Position numbers and translations under genes: made by a program
Source of the DNA: an uncultured Acidimicrobiaceae bacterium
Lineage (GTDB): Bacteria; Actinomycetota; Acidimicrobiia; Acidimicrobiales; RAAP-2
Assembly: GCA_963840245.1 (NCBI GenBank)
Contig: CAWIYI010000048.1
Coordinates: forward strand, 6,574-70,573
Direction: 5' to 3'
Length of the DNA stretch: 64,000 nt
Part shown: in pieces, positions 1-8,682 of the stretch
Layout: every line of letters begins with the position of its first letter
How positions within the stretch are numbered: position 1 is the first letter of the stretch
The notes under the pieces: model-generated
Seen by the model: the letters and a program-made list of their open reading frames with translations, nothing else
Told to the model about the DNA's origin: nothing
Databases searched by the model: none

Positions 1-1
1 G

Positions 2-712
2 GTGACGGTGTGGATGGAGCCCAACGCCAATCCCCAGGAGATCGCCGCGGTCCGCACGCAGCTGTCACAGCTGAACTACGTCACGCAGCCCTGCGCCTAC
101 TGGAACAAGGAGCGGAACTTCACCGAGGCCCGACGGCTGCTCCCGACGGACGTCTTCCAGGCGACCACGAAGGCGGAGATGCCGACCTCCTACTGGTGTA
201 CCCCCGTTGCACTGGCTGATGCCGCCCAGGTGGTGCACACCTTCAGCGGCACGGCGGGCGTCCTCTCGGTGACGGAGCCCCAGCAGACCATCCACAACGA
301 GGAGACGGTGATCAACGTCTCGAAATGGGTCTGCCTGGCCATCGCCATCGTCCTGATCGTGTCCGCCGCGGTCCTGATCCTCAACACCATCCGCATGGCC
401 ATCTTCGCCCGAAGACGTGAGGTCTCCGTGATGAAGCTGGTGGGCGCGACCAACTGGTTCATCCGCGTCCCCTTCATGTCCGAGGGGCTCCTGCAGGGGC
501 TGCTGGGTTCGTTGCTCGCCGCGGTCGTCGTCTATTTCGTCTACCTCTTCATCAACCACGAGGGGAGCGGGCGTACGACGAGCAACATCTTCACCGCGAT
601 GCACATGTCCGGGTCCGAGGTCCTGTTGACCAACGTCGTCGTCGTCGTCGTCGGCATGGCCATCGGCTCCATCGGCTCCGCCATCGCGATCCGGCGTTTC
701 CTCGACGTCTGA
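2..712 (+). CDS. ftsX: Cell-division ABC permease FtsX, C-terminal part (5-prime end outside window)
   Basis: The frame is open from the window edge. FtsX-type C-terminal permease motif KLVGATNWFIRVPFMSEGLLQG followed by TM helices. Stop TGA at 710-712. Confidence 0.85.
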   Translation: MTVWMEPNANPQEIAAVRTQLSQLNYVTQPCAYWNKERNFTEARRLLPTDVFQATTKAEMPTSYWCTPVALADAAQVVHTFSGTAGVLSVTEPQQTIHNEETVINVSKWVCLAIAIVLIVSAAVLILNTIRMAIFARRREVSVMKLVGATNWFIRVPFMSEGLLQGLLGSLLAAVVVYFVYLFINHEGSGRTTSNIFTAMHMSGSEVLLTNVVVVVVGMAIGSIGSAIAIRRFLDV

Positions 713-853
713 GTCGGCGCGGGCCATCGCGGGCCCATCTTGGCCCGACGTGACGACCGCGACCATCCGCCGAGCGGCCCCCCCGCAGCACGGTGAGCAG
801 GGAGTACCTTTCACGTCGATGCAGGATCTCCTCGACCTCGGCGAGGTTGCGGT

Positions 854-1207
854 GTGCGACGCGTTCGCCGGCCCGTGCCCGAGCCGGGCCACATGACGGG
901 CCGCCCGGATCCGCGGTCGAACGGCTCGAAACCCGACTTGTCGCGGTCGCGGTTCTTCTGCAACAACGCGCGCAAGGGTTCGCTGGTCTGCGGCATCCTG
1001 GCCTTCGCCGCGCTGGTCATCGGTGGTGGCTTCGCCGAGATCAGCTCGAACGGGTCGCCGACGACGCTGGAGACGGACGCCGTGCGCTGGGTCATCGTGG
1101 GGTCGCTCGTCATCGGCGTGATCCTCTACGTCGTCGGGGGCCGCATGCTCCGGGCGACGAAGCCGCCGGCGGGGCCGCCGGGGCCGCCTGTCGGTCCCGG
1201 GCGTTGA
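854..1207 (+). CDS. Small hypothetical membrane protein (two predicted TM helices, Pro/Gly-rich tail); start uncertain
   Basis: High GC3 in this frame. Two hydrophobic stretches (LVCGILAFAALVIGGGFA and VRWVIVGSLVIGVILYVVGG). No recognisable family. An in-frame ATG at 893 is an alternative start. Confidence 0.4.
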   Translation: MRRVRRPVPEPGHMTGRPDPRSNGSKPDLSRSRFFCNNARKGSLVCGILAFAALVIGGGFAEISSNGSPTTLETDAVRWVIVGSLVIGVILYVVGGRMLRATKPPAGPPGPPVGPGR

Positions 1208-1342
1208 CGGCCCGGCTGGCCCCATGGGGAGTGGCGGAAAATCCGGGCCGGCAAGGTTCTCAGCAAGGTTCGCGACCAGTCGCAGCCTCCACGCTGCGTC
1301 TGCGCCCCCGGATGGAGGGCGCGACGAAAGCGAGGATGCGAG

Positions 1343-1759
1343 ATGGCCAACACCACGACGATCACCGGGAACCTGACCCGGGAGCCCGAGATCCGCTACA
1401 CGCGTGAAGGGCAGGCGACGGCCCAGTTGGGCGTCGCCGTCAACCGACGGTGGCAGGACCGCACGACCCAGGAGTGGCAGGAGTCAACGTCCTTCTTCGA
1501 CGTCATCTGCTGGCGCGACCTGGCGGAGAACGTGGCCCTGAGCCTGACCAAGGGCATGCGGGTCGTGGTGACGGGCCGGCTGGAGCACCGGACCTGGGAG
1601 ACCGAGGAGGGGGAGCACCGCTCCAAAGTGGAGATCACGGCGGACGAGGTCGGTCCGAGCCTGCGCTTCGCCACGGCCGACGTCCAAAAGGTGGAACGAC
1701 GGGGCAGTGCCGCGGTGGAGAACGGCGAGGCCGCCGACGCGCTGGCCGTCGAGGCCTGA
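1343..1759 (+). CDS. ssb: Single-stranded DNA-binding protein paralog (OB fold), lacking the acidic C-terminal tip
   Basis: SSB OB-fold motifs (ITGNLTREPEIRYT, SFFDVICWRDLAENV, RVVVTGRLEHRTWETEEG). ATG start preceded by AGGATG. The C-terminus ends ...EAADALAVEA rather than D-D-x-P-F. Confidence 0.85.
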   Translation: MANTTTITGNLTREPEIRYTREGQATAQLGVAVNRRWQDRTTQEWQESTSFFDVICWRDLAENVALSLTKGMRVVVTGRLEHRTWETEEGEHRSKVEITADEVGPSLRFATADVQKVERRGSAAVENGEAADALAVEA

Positions 1760-1975
1760 GTGGCGGGCTGGCTGATCACCACGTCCGGGTGGCCGGCGCT
1801 CACGGCTCGACTCGCGGGGGCAACGGCACGCGTCGGTGTCGACTGGGCCACCGTGGCGGTTGCGTCCACCGGCGCCCTCGCGCTCGGCGTCGCCTTGCTA
1901 CGACGTGGGCGAGACGCCCGGCACCCCGGGCGGCGGTCGACCTGATCGAGGTCCGCAGGGACGGCCGTCCCGGCC

Positions 1976-2440
1976 TCAGGTCCCGGTCGCGGTCCCGTCT
2001 GCGCCGGCGGCCTCGCTCTGGGGCTCGTAGGTCAGCGAGAGCGAATTGACGCAGTAGCGCTGTCCGGTGTCGGTGGGCCCGTCGGGGAAGACGTGTCCGA
2101 GGTGGCCCCCGCACCGGGCGCACAGGATCTCGGTGCGCGCCATGCCGAAGCTGCGCTCCCGGCGCTCGATGACGGTGCCGGCGGCGCACGCCCGGTCGAA
2201 GCTGGGCCATCCCGTCCCGGATTCGAACTTGGCGCCCGTGTCGAAGAGCGCGGCGCCGCAGCCTGCGCAGTGGAACACGCCCTCGCCGTCGACGTGCAGC
2301 AGCTCACCCGACCACGGGGGCTCGGTGCCGGCGCGCCGCAGGACGCGGTAACGGTCGGCCGGGAGCACGTCCTTCCACTCCTGGTCTGTTTTGGTGACTT
2401 CGAATGACGTCTCTTGCGTCGGTCGCTTGCGGGTGAACAT
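1976..2440 (-). CDS. msrB: Peptide-methionine (R)-S-oxide reductase MsrB
   Basis: SelR/MsrB motifs (FHCAGCGAALF, GTGWPSF, RCGGHLGHVFPDGP, RYCVNS). ATG at 2440 has GAAGGAAGG about 8 nt upstream. The ORF track start at 2458 (GTG) is less likely. Confidence 0.9.
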   Translation of the reverse strand: MFTRKRPTQETSFEVTKTDQEWKDVLPADRYRVLRRAGTEPPWSGELLHVDGEGVFHCAGCGAALFDTGAKFESGTGWPSFDRACAAGTVIERRERSFGMARTEILCARCGGHLGHVFPDGPTDTGQRYCVNSLSLTYEPQSEAAGADGTATGT

Positions 2441-2479
2441 GTCGAAACCTTCCTTCACCTCCGTACAACCGGTCCGAGC

Positions 2480-3704
2480 TCAGACGTATTTCGCCTGCGC
2501 CCCGACGGCGGCGTAGGTGGCCTCGATGATCCCCGAAGACCGGGGATCGACCACGACGCCCTCCGCCATCTTGTTCATGACGTAGCCGACGGCCAGCTGG
2601 TTCTCGGGGTCGGCGAAGCCATAGGAGCCGCCGGCCCCGCCGTGCCCGAAGGAGCCTGGGCCGCCCCAGGTGGCCGCCGGGCTGGCGCGCCAGAACCCGA
2701 GACCGATCTTCTGCTTCAGTGCGAAACCGACGGACCCGAAGACCCGGTCCTCGCCGAAGGTCAGGACGGTGCGGGCCTCCTCCACCTGCTCCGGCGTGAG
2801 CAGCGGTTGACGCGGCCCACCGTCGACGGTGCCCACCAGCCCGGCGTACAGCCGGGACAAGGAGGTGGCGTTCGTGATGCCGTTCCCACCCGGGACTTCG
2901 GCGGCGTGCCAGGCGGGACGGTTCATCCAGACCCGGTCCCGGAACGCACCGCCCATGTTGAGGGCGCGGGCGAGCAAGGTGGACGCGTACCCCTCTCCTC
3001 CCTGCGCGGCCCCGCCGATCGGCGCCGCCACCACGGGGGAGACACGGTCCTCGAGCGCCCCGGGGAGCCCGATGTAGAACTCGAGCCCGAGTGGTCCCGC
3101 CACCTCCTCGGCGAAGAAGGTCCCGAGGCTGCGGCCGCTGATGCGCCGCACCACCTCGCCCACGAGATACCCGTAGGTCAGCGCGTGGTAACCGTGCGCC
3201 GTCCCGGGCTCCCAGAAGGGCGCCTGCGCCGCGAGGGCCTCGATCACCGGATCCCAGGCCTGCACCTCTTCGGGCGTCAGGGCGCGGTCGATGGCGGGAA
3301 GCCCCGCCTGATGGGAGAGCAGGAGGCGGACGGGCAGCGCCTCCTTGCCGACCTGCGCGAACTCGGGCCAGTAGTGGGCGACCGGTGCGTCGAGGTCCAG
3401 CTGCCCGCGCTGGGCCAGCAGGTTGGCGCAGGCCGCCGTGGCGCCCTTCGTCGAGGAGAACACGAGCTGGAGGGCGTCGGGGCCGTAGGCCCGGGTGCCC
3501 GCCGCGTCGAAGGAGCCCCCGCACAGGTCGACGACCTTGCGCCCCCCTACGTGGACGCACAGCGCGGCGCCGACTTCGTGTCCCGCCGCGAAGTTCGCCG
3601 CGAACGCGGTGCGGACCCCTTCGAACCCCGGTTCGACGAGGCCGGTGACGTTGCCCGGTGTCGGCGGGACCGGTGTCGGCGGGACCGGTGTCGAGGGTGC
3701 TCAC
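2480..3704 (-). pseudogene. Beta-lactamase-family serine hydrolase/esterase, N-terminus out of frame (frameshift near 3653 or non-canonical start)
   Basis: S-x-x-K motif (FSSTKG) at the called GTG 3463. The same frame continues upstream as conserved family sequence (NVTGLVEPGFEGVRTAFAANF...GRKVVDLCGG) back to a TGA at 3701-3703, with no ATG/GTG/TTG. GTG 3704 lies 3 nt after the upstream stop but is in the adjacent frame. Confidence 0.7.
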
Positions 3705-3707
3705 GGT

Positions 3708-4913
3708 TCAGGCCGCCAGCGCGCCGGCGGCGCTGCCCATGAGGAAGAGGAAGTTCTCTGCGTAGAACTGCCGGCGAACATCAGCGCCGGCGTCGCCGAG
3801 CGAGGCCTCGAAGCGCTCCAACGGCTTGCGCCCTCCCTCCACGTGCGGGTAGTCGGACGAGAACAGCACGAGATCGGCCCCGGCCTGCTCCACGATCCAC
3901 CCGACGTCCTCGGTGGGATAGGGCGTGAAGCGGCACTGGCGGTGCACGTACTCGCTCGGGCGCAGCGACAGCGCCTGCAGGCGCTCCTCGTGGCGGTTGA
4001 ACGCCTCGAAGGCGGACTCCATCTGGCGCAGCCACGACGGCACCCAGATGGCGCCCTGCTCGATCACGCCGATGTGCAGGTCCGGGAAGGCCTCGAGCAC
4101 GCCGTCGAAGATCAGCGTGGCCAACGTCTGGGCCGGCGGGACCGGGATGCCCATGTAGTCCACGGAGCGGAAGTTCTCCTCGCCGCCGTGGAAGTCGGGC
4201 GGGACGGGCTTGCCGTTGACGAAGTAGTTGGGGTCGATGAGGGTGCCCGTGCCCCCGACGTGGAACACGACGGGGATGCCGGCCTCCTGCGCCTGGGCCC
4301 ACACGCCGAACAGGTCGGAGTGGCTGGGCGAGAAGCGCGGCGGGCAGCCTGACGCGACCAGCAGCGCCGCCGCGCCGTCTGCGAGGGCGTCCCGAGTGGC
4401 CGCGGCGGCGCGCTCGGGATCGACGAGGGGGATGTAGAGCGAGGGCAACAGGCGCGGGTCCACCGAGCAGAACTCGAGCATGCCGCGGTTGTGGGCGCGG
4501 GCGGCGGCGTAGGCGAGATCGGCGTCCGCGTGCTCCATGTCATGCAGGCGCCCGTTGTGGAACGTGTTGAAGACGAGTTGGCTCGAGAAGCCGAGGAGAT
4601 CGAGGGCGCGGCTGCGGTCCTCCGCGATGAAGGCGCCCGTGGCCGCGAAGTTCTTGCGCGCCATGATCTCGGCCTCCTCGTCGGCCCGGTACTCGGGCGA
4701 GGCGTGCCGGGCCCGCAGGGCGTCGAACGAGGCCAGGAGGTCGCGCTGTTGCTCGGCCGGGTCGCCGGTCTGGCGCAGCTCGTTCCCACCGGGGTAGCGC
4801 AGGACCGGGAGCCGGTCCCGGTAGGCGGGGTCGGCGTGCTCGCGCAGCCAGGTCGGCGTCTCCATGATGTGGGCGTCCGCATCGTGGACGATCCGACCCT
4901 GGGAGTAGGGCAT
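3708..4913 (-). CDS. Amidohydrolase-2 family metal-dependent hydrolase
   Basis: N-terminal HDADAH metal-binding motif and an amidohydrolase-like fold signature along 401 aa. ATG 4913 is preceded by AAGGGGGGAG. Confidence 0.75.
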   Translation of the reverse strand: MPYSQGRIVHDADAHIMETPTWLREHADPAYRDRLPVLRYPGGNELRQTGDPAEQQRDLLASFDALRARHASPEYRADEEAEIMARKNFAATGAFIAEDRSRALDLLGFSSQLVFNTFHNGRLHDMEHADADLAYAAARAHNRGMLEFCSVDPRLLPSLYIPLVDPERAAAATRDALADGAAALLVASGCPPRFSPSHSDLFGVWAQAQEAGIPVVFHVGGTGTLIDPNYFVNGKPVPPDFHGGEENFRSVDYMGIPVPPAQTLATLIFDGVLEAFPDLHIGVIEQGAIWVPSWLRQMESAFEAFNRHEERLQALSLRPSEYVHRQCRFTPYPTEDVGWIVEQAGADLVLFSSDYPHVEGGRKPLERFEASLGDAGADVRRQFYAENFLFLMGSAAGALAA

Positions 4914-5010
4914 GTCTCCCCCTTTTCTCTCGCACTCCGCTCGTGCCGGGGTGGTCCGCTGCTGTGGTGCGTGGCCAGTATTCCAGGGTCGGGCGACGGG
5001 CCGCCCGGCG

Positions 5011-6432
5011 GTGCTGCCGCCCTACGATGCCGGCGTGGGAGCGGAGCTGGTCAGCGGGCTGTTGGACGAGGTCGGGCTGCCGGGCACCTTGTCCGAGCGG
5101 GTGGACCTGGTGGGCGCGGCGCACCCGTTCGCCACGTCGTTCCCTGTCGTGGAGTGTGCCGCCTCGGTGGTGGGCAGCATCGGCGCGGCGGCGTCCCTGT
5201 TGTGGGAGGAACGGACCGGGGAGGCGCAACGGGTGACCGTGCCGCGCGCGCATGCCGGGGCATCGCTGGTGGGGTTCCTGCTCCAGAAGCTCGAGGACGG
5301 CGACCTGCCCGTGGCGCCGGTGAGGCTCGACCGCCCGCTGGTCCGGCTCTACCGTTGCGGCGACGGCCGCTGGATCCACCTGCACGGCGCGTTCGCCCAC
5401 CTGGCCGCCCGGACCGGCGCGGTCCTCGGGTGTCCGGTGGACAGCGCGGCGGACGTGGTGGCCGACCGGGTCGCCCGTTGGGACGCGCCGGCGCTCGAGG
5501 ACGCGCTGGCCGAGGCGGGGACGTGTGGGGCCATGGCGCGCACGGTCACGGAGTGGTCGGCCCATCCGCAGGCGCAGGCCATCGCCCCGCTGGGCCGGGT
5601 CAGCGTGGAGAAGATCGGGGACAGTCCACCCGAGGCTCCGCCCGGCCGGCAGCGCCCGCTCGGGGGAGTCCGCGTGCTCGACCTCAGCCGCTTGCTGGCC
5701 GGGCCCACCAACGCCCGGACCCTGGCCGAGCACGGGGCGGAGGTGCTGCTCGTCAATTCGCCGAGGCTCGAGAACGTCCCGCTGTTCGTGATGGACACCG
5801 GCCATGGCAAGCGCTCGTGTTGCCTGGAGCTCGACGACCCCGCCGGGGTGGCCGCCTTGCGCGACTTGGCCGCCGGCGCCGACGTGTTCACCCAGGGCTA
5901 CCGTGGCGGCTCGCTGGCCCGCCGGGGCATCGGGCCCGAGGAGCTGGCGGAGCTCCGGCCCGGCATCGTGGTCGTGACCATCAATTGCTACGGCGACGGG
6001 GGACCCTGGGGCCAGCGCCCGGGCTGGGAGCAGATGGCCCAGACCGTCTCGGGCATGGTGATCGGCCAAGGTGGACCGGATCACCCCGGGCTGGTGCCCG
6101 CCGCGGCGTGCGACTACACGACGGGGTATCTGGCCGCGCTGGGGACGATGGCCGCCCTGTGGCGGCGCGCCCACGAAGGGGGAAGCTTTCACGTCCGGGC
6201 TTCCCTGTGCCAGACCGCCCGCTGGTTCACCGAAGCCCCGGCCGCGGCCGGCCCGCCGACCGGCCTCGGCGACCTGGCCCCTTACGAGACGACGAGCGAC
6301 ACACCCTACGGGCGGCTGCGGCACCTGGGCCCCGTGGCCCGCCTGCCCGCTACGCCGGGCCGCTGGGAGGTGGCCACCTCGCCCATCGGCACCCATGCCC
6401 CGGCCTGGATGCCGGCACGGGGCGCCATCTGA
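5011..6432 (+). CDS. Family III CoA-transferase (CaiB/BaiF-like) with long N-terminal extension; start uncertain (4912-5035)
   Basis: Signature VRVLDLSRLLAGPTNARTLAEHGAEVLLVNSP and downstream GYRGGSLARRGIGPEEL. The ORF is open from 4912, but that would overlap the divergent start at 4913. GTG 5011 is in frame. Confidence 0.75.
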   Translation: MLPPYDAGVGAELVSGLLDEVGLPGTLSERVDLVGAAHPFATSFPVVECAASVVGSIGAAASLLWEERTGEAQRVTVPRAHAGASLVGFLLQKLEDGDLPVAPVRLDRPLVRLYRCGDGRWIHLHGAFAHLAARTGAVLGCPVDSAADVVADRVARWDAPALEDALAEAGTCGAMARTVTEWSAHPQAQAIAPLGRVSVEKIGDSPPEAPPGRQRPLGGVRVLDLSRLLAGPTNARTLAEHGAEVLLVNSPRLENVPLFVMDTGHGKRSCCLELDDPAGVAALRDLAAGADVFTQGYRGGSLARRGIGPEELAELRPGIVVVTINCYGDGGPWGQRPGWEQMAQTVSGMVIGQGGPDHPGLVPAAACDYTTGYLAALGTMAALWRRAHEGGSFHVRASLCQTARWFTEAPAAAGPPTGLGDLAPYETTSDTPYGRLRHLGPVARLPATPGRWEVATSPIGTHAPAWMPARGAI

Positions 6433-6477
6433 CGACCCGTCAGGTCGGGGGTGCCGCCTTGGCTACGCTCCCCGGCG

Positions 6478-7683
6478 ATGGATCTGCGCGACCGCCCCGA
6501 GGAGGTGTCGTTCCGCCGCGAAGTCAGGAGCTTCCTGCACGAGCACCTGGTCGGCGAATACGCCGAGCTCGGGGGCCGCGGCGGGTCGGGCGACGAGACC
6601 TTCGGCTTCGAGGTGCGGCGCCGCTGGGAGAAGGTGCTGGCCGGGGGCGGCTGGACCTGCCTGGGCTGGCCGGTCGAGCACGGTGGCCGGGGGGCGACCA
6701 TGACCGAGCAGGTCATCTTCAACGAGGAGTACGCCCGGGCCGCGGCCCCGGGGCGGGTCAACGTCATGGGCGAGGGGCTGCTCGGCCCGACCGTGATCCA
6801 CTACGGCACACCCGAGCAGCAGGCCCGCTTCCTCCCGCCCATTCGGGAGGGCAGCGAGCTCTGGTGCCAGGGCTACTCCGAGCCTGATGCCGGCAGCGAC
6901 CTGGCCAACGTCAAGACGAGGGCCGAGCGCGACGGCGACCAGTGGGTGATCACCGGCCAGAAGGTGTGGACATCGCTCGCCCATCTGGCCGACTGGTGCT
7001 TCGTGGTGTGCCGGACCGATCCGGACTCGGTGCGCCACAAGGGCCTGTCCTATCTGTTGGTGCCGATGGACCAACCGGGCGTCGAGGTGCGGCCCATCAC
7101 CCAGCTCACCCGCACCAGCGAATTCAACGAGGTGTTCTTCGACGGCGCCCGCACCCGGGTCGACAACGTGGTGGGCGGCGTCGGGGACGGCTGGCGGGTT
7201 GCGCTGGCGACGCTGGCCTTCGAGCGGGGCGCGGCGCTGCTCGGCTTCCAGCTCGGCTTCCGGCGCGAGCTCGACCGGGTGGTGGCCCTGGCCGAGGAGA
7301 ACGGCAAGGCCCGCGACCCGGTGGTGCGCCAGCAGCTGGCCCAGGCGCACATCGAGCTGACCATCATGCGCTACAACACGCTGCGCAGCCTGGCCGGTGT
7401 CGACGGGCCGGTGGCCCCGCCCGAGGCCTCCATCGCCAAGCTGTACTGGGGGAGCTGGCACCGCCGACTCGGCGAGCTGGCCATGCGCATCGTGGGACCG
7501 GCGGCGACCGTCCTGGACGGCGAGCCGCTGGCGGAGAACGGCGGTTACGGGCTCGGGGAGCTTCAGCGCTCCTTTCTCTTCGCGCGCTCGGAGACCATTT
7601 ACGGTGGGTCGAACCAGATCCAACGCAACATCATCGGCGAGCGGGTCCTCGGCCTCCCGCCCGAGCCCAAAGGGGTGGCGTGA
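6478..7683 (+). CDS. Acyl-CoA dehydrogenase
   Basis: ACAD motifs throughout (GWTCLGWPVEHGGRG, WCQGYSEPDAGSDLA, ITGQKVWTS, IYGGSNQIQRNIIGERVLGLP). ATG 6478 is in frame with the ORF 6451-7683. Confidence 0.9.
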   Translation: MDLRDRPEEVSFRREVRSFLHEHLVGEYAELGGRGGSGDETFGFEVRRRWEKVLAGGGWTCLGWPVEHGGRGATMTEQVIFNEEYARAAAPGRVNVMGEGLLGPTVIHYGTPEQQARFLPPIREGSELWCQGYSEPDAGSDLANVKTRAERDGDQWVITGQKVWTSLAHLADWCFVVCRTDPDSVRHKGLSYLLVPMDQPGVEVRPITQLTRTSEFNEVFFDGARTRVDNVVGGVGDGWRVALATLAFERGAALLGFQLGFRRELDRVVALAEENGKARDPVVRQQLAQAHIELTIMRYNTLRSLAGVDGPVAPPEASIAKLYWGSWHRRLGELAMRIVGPAATVLDGEPLAENGGYGLGELQRSFLFARSETIYGGSNQIQRNIIGERVLGLPPEPKGVA

Positions 7684-8519
7684 GCACCAGCCTTGAAGCG
7701 TCCTTCGATCCGCCACCCCCTCCGCCGGCGCCGGGTGGCCACGCGCTGCTGGAGGGCAAGGTCGTCCTCGTGACCGCGGCGGCCGGAACCGGCATCGGGT
7801 CGGCCACAGCCCGGCGCTGCCTCGAAGAGGGTGCGGCGGTAGTGCTCTCCGACGCACACGAGCGGCGCCTGGCCGATACGGCCGAGCAGCTGGCCGGCGA
7901 GGCGGGCGAGGCGGGCGGGGCCGGCGCGGCGGGATCGGACCGCGTGCACGCGCTGGCCTGCGACGTGCGGGACGAGGCACAGGTGCGCGCGCTCTACGAC
8001 GGGGCGCTGGCGCGCTTCGGCCGCCTCGACGTGGCGGTGCACAACGCCGGTCTCGGCGGCACGGTCCCGCTGGTGGAGATGACCGACGAGCAGTGGTCCA
8101 CCGTGCTCGACATCACGCTGACGGGTACGTTCCGCTGCACGCGGGCCGCGCTGGCCCGGATGTTGCCGCAAAAGGCCGGGGTCATCGTCAACAACGCGTC
8201 GGTGCTCGGCTGGCGGGCCCAGCCGGGCCAGGCCCACTACGCAGCGGCGAAGGCCGGCGTGATGGCGCTCACGCGCTGCGCGGCGGCCGAGGCGGCGCCC
8301 GCGGGGGTTCGGGTCAACGCGGTGTCGCCCAGTCTGGCCGAGCACCCGTTCTTGAACCGGGCCATCCCCGACGAGGATCTCGCCGTGTTGCGCCGCCGCG
8401 AGTTGTTCGGGCGCGGCGCCGAGACCTGGGAGGTGGCCAACGTGATCGTGTTCCTGGCCAGCGACTACTCGTCCTACCTCTCCGGGGAGGTCATCTCCGT
8501 GAGCAGCCAACACCCGTGA
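7680..8519 (+). CDS. Short-chain dehydrogenase/reductase (SDR)
   Basis: GTG 7680 overlaps the upstream stop (GTGA). Rossmann motif VVLVTAAAGTGIGSA and catalytic YAAAKAG. Ends TGA 8519. Confidence 0.9.
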   Translation: MSTSLEASFDPPPPPPAPGGHALLEGKVVLVTAAAGTGIGSATARRCLEEGAAVVLSDAHERRLADTAEQLAGEAGEAGGAGAAGSDRVHALACDVRDEAQVRALYDGALARFGRLDVAVHNAGLGGTVPLVEMTDEQWSTVLDITLTGTFRCTRAALARMLPQKAGVIVNNASVLGWRAQPGQAHYAAAKAGVMALTRCAAAEAAPAGVRVNAVSPSLAEHPFLNRAIPDEDLAVLRRRELFGRGAETWEVANVIVFLASDYSSYLSGEVISVSSQHP

Positions 8520-8565
8520 GCGCCGGCTGCGTGCACGCCCCGTCCTCGGGAGGGAGGGGAGATGT

Positions 8566-8603
8566 TTCCCAGACTCTAAACGGATCTGTTTACAGTCTGG
8601 GAA
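8566..8603. promoter_or_regulatory. 38-bp AT-richer near-perfect palindrome (TTCCCAGACT-n-TAAAC-n-GATC-n-GTTTA-n-AGTCTGGGAA), candidate operator or terminator
   Basis: Read directly: arms 8566-8575 and 8594-8603 are perfect reverse complements. The inner TAAAC/GTTTA arms are centred on GATC. It lies in the 163-bp gap between the SDR gene and the acyl-CoA ligase gene. Confidence 0.4.
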
Positions 8604-8682
8604 GCAACCGACCGCCCTGCCGCTGGGGCCTCTGGCGCATTTCTCGTGGTCCGGCGGGCCGCGACCAGGAACGGGATTCGCC

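Noticed and set aside
713-1342. Expected smpB and/or tmRNA (ssrA) downstream of ftsX, as found in many bacteria.
   Set aside because: No SmpB-like translation appears in any frame, and there is no tRNA-like acceptor/T-arm ending in CCA. The region holds only a small putative membrane ORF.
1760-1945. A 61-aa ORF starting with GTG immediately after the ssb stop (MAGWLITTSGWPALTARLAG...), possibly a small membrane protein.
   Set aside because: It has no RBS, no recognisable family, an Arg-rich C-terminus and only one weak hydrophobic stretch. The evidence is insufficient to call it a gene.
8566-8603. The palindrome was considered as a KstR/KstR2-type steroid-catabolism operator.
   Set aside because: The KstR consensus TnnAACnnGTTnnA has a 2-nt centre. 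Here the AAC/GTT arms are 6-8 nt apart and the outer arms differ. It is kept only as a generic operator or terminator candidate.
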